Below, piece by piece: positions 38,566 through 46,763 of a DNA stretch of 64,000 bases; within the stretch, counting starts at the first letter, position 1, and every line of letters begins with the position of its first letter. This DNA comes from an uncultured Chitinophaga sp. (GTDB lineage Bacteria; Bacteroidota; Bacteroidia; Bacteroidales; GCA-2748055): the NCBI GenBank assembly GCA_964349045.1, contig CAYGFI010000004.1, positions 15,439 to 79,438 on the forward strand. The letters are read 5' to 3'. The notes below the pieces were generated by a model. The model was not told where the DNA came from and did not search any database. It was given only the letters and a program-made list of their open reading frames with translations. The translations under genes and the position numbers were made by a program.

Positions 38566-39492
38566 TTGGAAAAAGGTATTGTAATTAAGTCTACAGGTAG
38601 CTGGTATACAGTAAAAACAGAAACCGGTCATATTTTTAACTGCAAAATTCGCGGTACTTATCGCATAAAAGGAATCCGTGCCACAAGCCCGGTTGCTGTT
38701 GGTGATCGTGTTGAGATCAGCGGAACAGAGAAAGACAATATACCGGTAATTGAAAAAATAGAAGATCGTAAAAATTATATGATCCGCAGAGCCTCAAATC
38801 TCTCAAAAGAGTACCAGTTAATTGCCTCAAATATTGATCAGGCATGGATTATAGCAAGCCTGGTTTCACCAAAAACCTTTCTCCAATTCATTGATCGGTT
38901 TTTGGTTACTGCCCAGGCATACAGGATCCCTGCGTCAGTTATATTTAATAAAACAGACCTGTATTCTCAATTCCTCATGCAGGAACTGAAGCAATTGATT
39001 AATCTTTACGAAGCGATCGGCTATAGATGTTATTCTGTTTCAGCTAAAGAGAAGTTAAATCTTGATCAACTCAGTAATGATCTCCAGGGTAAAACTACAC
39101 TTATTTCAGGAAATTCAGGTGTAGGAAAATCCACACTTATCAATGCCCTACATCCTCAACTAGGCCTTCGAACCGGAAAAATTTCTGATTATCATAATAC
39201 CGGAAAACACACCACTACTTTTGCTGAAATGGTTGAATTAGGTAATGACACTTATATTATTGATACTCCCGGCATTAAGGGTTTTGGTGTTGTAGATTTT
39301 GATAAGAGTGAAGTTTTTCATTTTTTTCCTGAGATTTTTAAATTTTCCGAAAAATGCCAGTTTACCAATTGTTTACACACGCATGAACCGGGATGTGCAG
39401 TTAAAAAAGCTGTAGAAAAACTTGAAATTTCACTTTCACGATATGAGAGTTATCTCAGCATTATGGATTCTGATGATAGCAGATACCGTTAA
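38566..39492 (+). CDS. rsgA: ribosome small-subunit-dependent GTPase A
   Basis: It carries KGIVIKSTGSWYTV, the NKTDL G4 motif, the GNSGVGKSTLINAL G1 motif, and the zinc finger CQFTNCLHTHEPGCAV. The start appears to be TTG, with no nearby ATG. Confidence 0.92.
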   Translation: MEKGIVIKSTGSWYTVKTETGHIFNCKIRGTYRIKGIRATSPVAVGDRVEISGTEKDNIPVIEKIEDRKNYMIRRASNLSKEYQLIASNIDQAWIIASLVSPKTFLQFIDRFLVTAQAYRIPASVIFNKTDLYSQFLMQELKQLINLYEAIGYRCYSVSAKEKLNLDQLSNDLQGKTTLISGNSGVGKSTLINALHPQLGLRTGKISDYHNTGKHTTTFAEMVELGNDTYIIDTPGIKGFGVVDFDKSEVFHFFPEIFKFSEKCQFTNCLHTHEPGCAVKKAVEKLEISLSRYESYLSIMDSDDSRYR

Positions 39493-39596
39493 TCAGGGAA
39501 ACTTTTACCATGATTGACCGTATGCATAAAATAAAAAAGAATTAAATTGAAATAAGAACTATATTTAATAGTTTTCAATTAACGACCGGTATTCAG

Positions 39597-42440
39597 ATGA
39601 AAAAGATTTATTTGATCATTATTTTTGCAATTCTTGCGGTTGTCAGCATAAATATCTTTTTCCTTTTAAAGCTTAAAAATAATATCCTCGAATATCAGAA
39701 ATCCCTGGTATCTGAACAAGGAAGGCTTTGCGGTTCATACATTGAAAAAACACTTTCATCATACGAAAACGACCTTACCCGGATTTTATTCCGTAATTCC
39801 CAGTTGATTCCGGAAATTTTCAATAATCCAAGGGCCTTTCGCAAAATATCCTCAGATCTGCAGGGTTTTTATTCAAAAAACAGAGGATTAATTACCAGTA
39901 TTTCAATTTTCGACAATAAGGATTCATATCTTGGGATGTATCTGACAGATAATGATGAATTGGTTATTGATACTTTTCCCCGCCAAAATATCAATGATCT
40001 TCAAACGAAAGATATAATAATAAAAAAAGAGGGAAATTATAAAAGTTATTTCCCGTTTTTCAAAAATAATGAATTAACCGGTAATGTTGTTGTAGAAATA
40101 AATCTGGATCAATATCTTAATTCAATCTTTTACTTTTTCAAACTTCAGGGTCTCCAATGGCAATGGCTTGCCAACAGCAGTAATCAGATCATGATGTGTA
40201 ATTACCCCGATTCAATTATTATCAGTGATCTTCAAAAAATTTCAGACTTTATCCCATCTGAAGAATTATTTGTCTTAGAACATTATTACACTGATTCCAA
40301 AGGATCCAAAAGAAAGATTATTTCAGCCGTTTATCCGTTAAATGCACTAAACAACGACCTGGGTATTGGTTTCACGATTGAAACCGGGCAGTTGAATACC
40401 ATAATTCTGAAAGGGAATTTTCTTCTGATCATGTTCTCCCTTTTGGTGATGATTGTACTACTGGGAATAGTAATTTACGATATAAATAATGAAAAACAGA
40501 GACAAGATAAAAGGTCTTCAGATCTTTTATCCTTAAAGATGATTGTGGAACATTTTCCAGTTGGTATAATGATCATAGACTCGCTCGGAACCATTAAAAA
40601 TATTAACCGGACAGGACAAAAAATGTTATTCCTGAATAAGGATGATGTTATTACCGGGAACAAACTTACAAGTCAGTTACTGGTTTCAAGTAAGTATCTT
40701 TTAAAAGAAAATATTAAGGCATCATTCGATTCCTCTCACTTTATATATTATGAAAAAGACGGTAATGAAATTGTCATTTACCGTAAAGATATCAAAGCAC
40801 AAATTGCGGGCGAAGAGCTTACTATTTCTGCTTTAATTGATGTTTCACCGCTTGAAAAATCAAGAAAACAGGAAGCAGCCGCAAACAAAGCCAAATCTGA
40901 TTTTCTGGCAATGATGAGTCATGAGATAAGGACACAGATGAATGGGATTATCGGAATGACAGATAATCTATTACGAGGGAATCTCAGTCCGCAGGAAAAA
41001 GAACAGGTAGTAATCATAAAAAAATCATCAGATTTACTTTTAAATATTATCAACGATATTCTGGATTTTTCAAAAATTGAAGCCGGGAAAATGATGCTTG
41101 AAAGGATTCCCTTTAGCCTCAAAGAGGAGATCAGTTTTTCCATTTCGATTTTTAAATCAATGGCTCAGGAGAAGGGGCTGGAACTTCAAGCCAATATTCA
41201 TCCCGCTGTCCCTGATCGTTTAATCGGAGATCCATTAAGATTGCGACAGGTAATTTCTAATCTGATTAATAACGCCATTAAATTTACTCATAAAGGCAAA
41301 ATTGTAATTGGCGCCAGTCTGATGGAACGGTTTAATTCGTCTCTTAGCCTTTTGTTTACGGTTGAAGATACAGGTATTGGTATTCCAAAAGAAAATCTGA
41401 AAAAGATTTTTGAAAGCTACGAGCAAGGGAGTGATTCCGTTTCACGAAAATATGGTGGAACGGGGTTGGGAATGGCGATATCAAAGCAGCTTGTTGAATT
41501 AATGAACGGTCAGATCTGGGTTGAAAGTCCATCAACTATATCTAAATCTTCGAAGTACCCCGGTACAAAATTCAGCTTCACTATTGAAGTAAATTCCAAT
41601 GAGAAACTGCTAAAGAAATTTGACTTTTCTCACATCGACAAATATCTGCAAATATCTGTGCTGATTCTAACACAAATTAAAGATGAGGACGATACAGTTC
41701 ATCGATTACTGGACCGATTCGGGATAAGTTATAATTTCGAAACTTACGAGGAAAATTCTATTAACAGTGCAATTTTTCATATTGAACAGAAAAGAGATTT
41801 ATATCATATTATTATTATTATGGATAAGCCTGGGTATGATGGATTTTCGCTGGCCCGGCAATTGAAAGAAAGTAAACTATCCGAACAATTTCCTATTATA
41901 TTAATCAGTTCTAATGACCAACCCGGTAATTATGTAAGATCGAAATCATTTGACATAGATTATTACCTAATACAACCTTTTGAATCGAATGAAATTTATA
42001 GCATTATCCGGGAGAATTTCCCCGGAGTTAAAGACCATGGTGGAGTAACCCAACAAGTAAATAAGATTAGAAGAAAAATTCAAATTCTTTTGGCTGATGA
42101 TAATATTATCAATCAGCGAGTTACACAAAGTATTTTTAAGCATCTTGGTTTTGAAATCGATATTGCTCAAAATGGTAAGGAAGCGGTTGAGATGGCTTCT
42201 CAAAAAAATTATGATATCATATTTATGGATATTCTGATGCCGGATATGGACGGAATTACTGCAACAAAAATTATCCGGCAACAAGGAATAAAGGTACCCG
42301 TTGTTGCCATTTCTGCAGCAGATGAGCCGGAAATTAGGGCTGAGGCCTATTCTGTGGGTATGAACGATTTTATTTCCAAGCCAGTTAAAGTAGAATCGAT
42401 TAAGGAGATTTTGATTAATTGGTTTTCTGAAAGTATTTAG
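39597..42440 (+). CDS. hybrid sensor histidine kinase with two receiver-like domains
   Basis: A two-TM periplasmic sensor and a PAS-like region precede the H-box SHEIRTQMNGIIGM. The HATPase motif is GTGLGMAISK. A degenerate receiver follows, then a canonical receiver (ILLADDNIINQ..FMDILMPDMDG..SKP). Confidence 0.9.
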   Translation: MKKIYLIIIFAILAVVSINIFFLLKLKNNILEYQKSLVSEQGRLCGSYIEKTLSSYENDLTRILFRNSQLIPEIFNNPRAFRKISSDLQGFYSKNRGLITSISIFDNKDSYLGMYLTDNDELVIDTFPRQNINDLQTKDIIIKKEGNYKSYFPFFKNNELTGNVVVEINLDQYLNSIFYFFKLQGLQWQWLANSSNQIMMCNYPDSIIISDLQKISDFIPSEELFVLEHYYTDSKGSKRKIISAVYPLNALNNDLGIGFTIETGQLNTIILKGNFLLIMFSLLVMIVLLGIVIYDINNEKQRQDKRSSDLLSLKMIVEHFPVGIMIIDSLGTIKNINRTGQKMLFLNKDDVITGNKLTSQLLVSSKYLLKENIKASFDSSHFIYYEKDGNEIVIYRKDIKAQIAGEELTISALIDVSPLEKSRKQEAAANKAKSDFLAMMSHEIRTQMNGIIGMTDNLLRGNLSPQEKEQVVIIKKSSDLLLNIINDILDFSKIEAGKMMLERIPFSLKEEISFSISIFKSMAQEKGLELQANIHPAVPDRLIGDPLRLRQVISNLINNAIKFTHKGKIVIGASLMERFNSSLSLLFTVEDTGIGIPKENLKKIFESYEQGSDSVSRKYGGTGLGMAISKQLVELMNGQIWVESPSTISKSSKYPGTKFSFTIEVNSNEKLLKKFDFSHIDKYLQISVLILTQIKDEDDTVHRLLDRFGISYNFETYEENSINSAIFHIEQKRDLYHIIIIMDKPGYDGFSLARQLKESKLSEQFPIILISSNDQPGNYVRSKSFDIDYYLIQPFESNEIYSIIRENFPGVKDHGGVTQQVNKIRRKIQILLADDNIINQRVTQSIFKHLGFEIDIAQNGKEAVEMASQKNYDIIFMDILMPDMDGITATKIIRQQGIKVPVVAISAADEPEIRAEAYSVGMNDFISKPVKVESIKEILINWFSESI

Positions 42441-42444
42441 AGTC

Positions 42445-43479
42445 ATGTCGAATTTGATTAACATCAGAGAGTTTTTAACCTTAAAAAAAGAAATTCCATT
42501 AATAGATGTTCGTTCACCTTCGGAGTTTAAACAGGGACATATTCCCGGAGCAATCAACATTCCGCTTTTTAATGATGATGAGCGGGCAACCATTGGAAAG
42601 CTTTACAAACATTCCGGTCAGAAAGAAGCCATTTTAACCGGTCTGGATATAGCCGGTAAAAAGATTCGGGTACTTGCAGAATCGGCTATTAAATCAGCGG
42701 CAAACAAGAAGCTTATTGTCCATTGCTGGAGAGGCGGAATGCGGAGTTCAACAATGGCCTGGCTTTTTGAAACATGTGGAATCCAGTGCAATGTTCTTAC
42801 CGGAGGTTATAAATCCTACCGGAATTATATCCGCGAATTTTTTTGTCTGCCGTTTAATTTTCTTGTTCTTGGTGGTATGACCGGTTCAGGCAAATCGGCC
42901 ATCCTGGATGAACTCGAAGGAATGTCCTTTCAGGTGCTTAAACTGGAAGAGATATCTCACCATAAAGGTTCTGTATTTGGGAACCTTGGAGAATCTCCGC
43001 AAAGTACAAACGAACAATTTGAAAATGATCTGTTTAATGTCCTTTCCCAATTTGACATTAAGGAGCCCATTTTTGTGGAGGATGAAAGCCGGAATATTGG
43101 TCAGAATATAATTCCCCCTGAACTTTTTTATAAAATGTCCAATAGCCGTTTAATTGTTATAGAAATGGATAAAGAACTACGTATAAGCCGACTGGTGAAA
43201 GATTATGGAAAATTCGCAAATCAGGAACTGATAATGTGTATTGAAAAAATTTCGAAAAGGCTTGGTGGCCGGAATACCCAATCGGCCATTTCTTCCATAG
43301 AAGATGGCAGACCGGAAGATGCTGTAAGCATCATTCTATATTATTATGATAAAACATACCATTATGGCCTTTCACAAAAGAAAAACAGTGAAATCATTAA
43401 AATTATCCTGTCGGGTACTGAAGCGAAAATAAACACTGTTAAAATTCTTGAAGTTCTAAGAAACAAGAATATTATCTGA
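42445..43479 (+). CDS. selU: tRNA 2-selenouridine synthase
   Basis: The rhodanese domain has IDVRSPSEFKQGHIPGAINIPLF and the active-site HCWRGGMRS. The P-loop GGMTGSGKS follows. Length and order match SelU/MnmH. Confidence 0.85.
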   Translation: MSNLINIREFLTLKKEIPLIDVRSPSEFKQGHIPGAINIPLFNDDERATIGKLYKHSGQKEAILTGLDIAGKKIRVLAESAIKSAANKKLIVHCWRGGMRSSTMAWLFETCGIQCNVLTGGYKSYRNYIREFFCLPFNFLVLGGMTGSGKSAILDELEGMSFQVLKLEEISHHKGSVFGNLGESPQSTNEQFENDLFNVLSQFDIKEPIFVEDESRNIGQNIIPPELFYKMSNSRLIVIEMDKELRISRLVKDYGKFANQELIMCIEKISKRLGGRNTQSAISSIEDGRPEDAVSIILYYYDKTYHYGLSQKKNSEIIKIILSGTEAKINTVKILEVLRNKNII

Positions 43480-43580
43480 AAGTTTTCCTGAACTATATAC
43501 ACATTAGTATTGTTATTATGTGTTAAATCAGAATAAACATTATTAAGTTTACAGATTCAGAAATCCTTTAATCTAAAGAC

Positions 43581-44285
43581 ATGAAAAACGAAAGAATTAT
43601 TGAAACGCTTGGAGGTCTTGCCAAGGAAGAGAAGCTTAAAACTCTGGCTGATCACATAATGCCCAATACTTTTGTTTTGGAAACAGAAGAGCCTTTTCCA
43701 GGTTACCATGGTGCAAATCTACCAACAGAAGCCAAACCGATTTCTGCATTTTTAATCACTAAAGTGAAATATTCTCCTGAAAAGATATTGCGTATTGCAC
43801 ATAACATAAAGAAATATTTTCCTCATGATTTTGATGCTGTTCCCGGTAAAATTTGTATGCAGAATGCTGTTTTGCCTTGCATCCGTATCCGTGGTTTTAA
43901 TAATTACGAACTGATAGGTGATTTGCAGAAATGTTTTTTTTCAGAAGGGATTGAGTTTGCCAAAAAGCGTAATGTTTTTGCAGATGCGGTAATCCAGCTA
44001 AAAAAACATTTTACCATAGAAGAAATTGAAGAAGAAATATATCGTGATCTTGACGAGCATTCCACTTATTATTTCCGTATTCCAAAGCAAATGAACTGGC
44101 AACTTTTTCTTAAAGTGACAAAGGTTGTCAGAAATAATACTGCTGCAAATTTCGATGGTGCTTTGGCCGCGATATACACCCGGGATATTCTTGATGTTGT
44201 GAGGATTTTTGCTCCCGGTATAACAATCGAAACCCTGAAACAATTAAAGGCAAGGTATTCCCAGGAGCTTGAGAAGTTCGATTAG
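43581..44285 (+). CDS. hypothetical protein (no recognisable domain)
   Basis: 234-aa ORF with an ATG start, no TM segment and no motif I can name. Its size and clean gene spacing support coding. Confidence 0.5.
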   Translation: MKNERIIETLGGLAKEEKLKTLADHIMPNTFVLETEEPFPGYHGANLPTEAKPISAFLITKVKYSPEKILRIAHNIKKYFPHDFDAVPGKICMQNAVLPCIRIRGFNNYELIGDLQKCFFSEGIEFAKKRNVFADAVIQLKKHFTIEEIEEEIYRDLDEHSTYYFRIPKQMNWQLFLKVTKVVRNNTAANFDGALAAIYTRDILDVVRIFAPGITIETLKQLKARYSQELEKFD

Positions 44286-44288
44286 GGG

Positions 44289-45551
44289 TTACTGAAGAGT
44301 TATTTCAGAAGAACTGACCTGTCTATAAACCTTATCAGCCCGTCTTACCAGGGTATTTATCGGGATACTGCATCGGATTCCCTTTCCTGCTTTAGAAACA
44401 GGCTTCTGATCAATCCTGATTTCCGAAATAACGAATTCTACAACACCGGTGGTAGGTCCGGTAATTATGATATCATCTCCGACATTTATTTCTCCCGTTT
44501 CAACAAGCAACTCTGCTACATTTATTTTTTCGAAATAGTTAGTTATTTTGGCACAATAGGTTTTCCTTCTGGATGCTTTTGAGCCATATACTTCACTCCA
44601 TTCTCCCAGTTTTTGGCCAAGGTAATATCCATCCCAGAAGCCCCTGTTAAAAACTGTTGACAGTTTTTGCTTCCAATTCCCGATATGTTGCTGATTGTAA
44701 GAATTCAGAATGATTGAATGGATCGCCTCATCATAGCATTTAGTCACAGTTTTGACATATTCCGGGGAACGTGCCCGCCCTTCAATTTTCAACACCCTGA
44801 CACCTGAGTCGAGTATTTTATTCAGAAAATGAATAGTCATCAGGTCTTTAGGAGACATAATGTATTGGTTATCTATTTCCAGTTGATTGCCATTTTCAGT
44901 ATCCGTGACCAGGTAAGCTCTTCTGCAGGCCTGCAGGCAATCGCCACGGTTAGCTGAATGATTATATTCATGGAGGCTAAGGTAGCATTTCCCGGATATA
45001 GACATGCAAAGTGCTCCATGAACAAATATTTCAATTTTCACGGGTTCACCGGAAGGTCCTTTTATTTCCTGAAGTTCAATTGCTTTAGTAATTCGGGCTA
45101 CCTGATCGAGGTTTAACTCCCTTGCAAGCACTACCACATCTGCAAATTTTGAATAAAATTTTACAGAGTCTATATTACTGATATTAAGCTGTGTGGATAA
45201 ATGTACTTCAACTCCGGCTTTAAATGCATAATCCATTACGGCCTGATCAGAAGCAATGATGGCGCTTACACCTTCTTTTCCGGCGAGATCAATAAGTTCG
45301 CGCATAAGATCCAGTTCATGATCGTAAATAACCGTATTAATTGTCAGGTAAGTTTTAATCCCGTTTTCTTTTGCCGTTTTAACTAATTGAGGAACATCCC
45401 CGCGGGTGAAATTAAAGGAGGATCGGGCGCGCATATTTAATTTTTCAACTCCGAAATAAACAGAATCGGCACCACCCTGAATGGCAGCCATAAGAGATTC
45501 CCATGAGCCAGCCGGAGCAAGAAGTTCAATATCTTTTCGGGTAAAATTCAT
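44289..45551 (-). CDS. peptidase U32 family protein (TrhP/YegQ-like)
   Basis: The N-terminus IELLAPAGSWESLMAAIQGGADSVYFG and the Cys cluster (C..C...C region ALCMSISGKCYLS..CLQACRR) are typical of U32. I chose the ATG at 45551. Confidence 0.85.
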   Translation of the reverse strand: MNFTRKDIELLAPAGSWESLMAAIQGGADSVYFGVEKLNMRARSSFNFTRGDVPQLVKTAKENGIKTYLTINTVIYDHELDLMRELIDLAGKEGVSAIIASDQAVMDYAFKAGVEVHLSTQLNISNIDSVKFYSKFADVVVLARELNLDQVARITKAIELQEIKGPSGEPVKIEIFVHGALCMSISGKCYLSLHEYNHSANRGDCLQACRRAYLVTDTENGNQLEIDNQYIMSPKDLMTIHFLNKILDSGVRVLKIEGRARSPEYVKTVTKCYDEAIHSIILNSYNQQHIGNWKQKLSTVFNRGFWDGYYLGQKLGEWSEVYGSKASRRKTYCAKITNYFEKINVAELLVETGEINVGDDIIITGPTTGVVEFVISEIRIDQKPVSKAGKGIRCSIPINTLVRRADKVYRQVSSSEITLQ

Positions 45552-45583
45552 TTGGCAAAAGTACAATAACATCCAGGATGTTA

Positions 45584-46744
45584 CTATTTTTTTAAAACTA
45601 TACGGAAGGTGGTACCTTTTTCAGGTTCGGAATTCAGGACAAAGATTTTCCCTTCATGATACGTTTCAATAATTCTCTTGGAAAGAGAAAGTCCAAGTCC
45701 CCAACCTCTTTGCTTAGTAGTATACCCGGGTTTAAAAATTGTTTTGTGTTTTGATTTTGGGATGCCTTTGCCGGTATCGGTAATATCGACATAAACAATT
45801 TGAGTATTATCCTGAACTTTAATTGTTATGGTCCCTTCTCCCTCTAATGCATCCATTGCATTTTTACACAAATTCTCTACAACCCATTCAAAAAGAGCTT
45901 CATTTAAAGGAATATTAACTTCGTGTTCAGGGTTATCAATTATGATATTAATTTTATGTGAGCTTCTGTTTTTCAAATAGTTAACAGAGTTTTGCAATGT
46001 TATTAAAAGATTAGTAGGTATCAGAACCGGTTTTGAACCGATTTTGGAAAACCTTTCGGTAATTTTTTCGAGTCGTTTGGCATCTTTTTCAAGTTCCTCA
46101 ACAATACTTGCACGGTTAACATCCTGTTTAAGAAGTTCGACCCATGCATTAAGCGAGGATGTAGGAGTTCCAAGCTGGTGAGCTGTTTCCTTTGAAAGAC
46201 CAATCCAGACTTTGTTTTGTTCGGCTTTACGTGAATAGCTGAATGCAAAATAGGAAACAAGGATAAACAAGACAATAACTCCAAGCTGGACATACGGAAA
46301 ATAAACCAGCATAGTAAGAACTGTGGAATCGGTATAATATATGTAATTCTTATCCCCGTCGCCCAGGTCTATGATCAGACTATCATTCTTTTCCCTCATT
46401 CGTTTGAGCTGTTTTGGCAGGTAGTTTTTTCGATCTACTTTAGAAGTATCGAGGTTTCGGTAAGAAACAATTGTTCCTGCGCTATCTGTCAGGATAACCG
46501 GGACGGTATTATTATTTTCTATTACAGAAAAGATAAAATTCAGGTTTATATCATCGCTAACAGAACTTATCAATTGACGATTTGCTTCGGCCCATAGCTC
46601 TACCTTTTCCTTCTCCTGAGCGGAAAGTTGTTTGACCAGCCAGTTAGTATAACCTAATGAAAGGACACCGATAAGGACCGCGGTCAGAAATAATAAGAAT
46701 TTCCAACGAGTCTTTTTTTCATAAATATTAAGAGCAACTACCAT
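45584..46744 (-). CDS. sensor histidine kinase (two TM, HisKA-like plus HATPase_c)
   Basis: The H-box-like motif is ETAHQLGTPTSSL. The N-box is VVENLCKNAMDA, and the G-boxes are DTGKGIP and GWGLGLSL. Confidence 0.85.
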   Translation of the reverse strand: MVVALNIYEKKTRWKFLLFLTAVLIGVLSLGYTNWLVKQLSAQEKEKVELWAEANRQLISSVSDDINLNFIFSVIENNNTVPVILTDSAGTIVSYRNLDTSKVDRKNYLPKQLKRMREKNDSLIIDLGDGDKNYIYYTDSTVLTMLVYFPYVQLGVIVLFILVSYFAFSYSRKAEQNKVWIGLSKETAHQLGTPTSSLNAWVELLKQDVNRASIVEELEKDAKRLEKITERFSKIGSKPVLIPTNLLITLQNSVNYLKNRSSHKINIIIDNPEHEVNIPLNEALFEWVVENLCKNAMDALEGEGTITIKVQDNTQIVYVDITDTGKGIPKSKHKTIFKPGYTTKQRGWGLGLSLSKRIIETYHEGKIFVLNSEPEKGTTFRIVLKK

Positions 46745-46763
46745 GTAAAAATATTTTAAATTA

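Noticed and set aside
41967-42593. 208-aa minus-strand ORF spanning the end of the hybrid kinase gene and the start of selU.
   Set aside because: It is antisense to two strongly supported genes. The sequence is low-complexity and Asn/Ile/Leu-rich with no motifs. It is a typical shadow ORF in AT-rich DNA.
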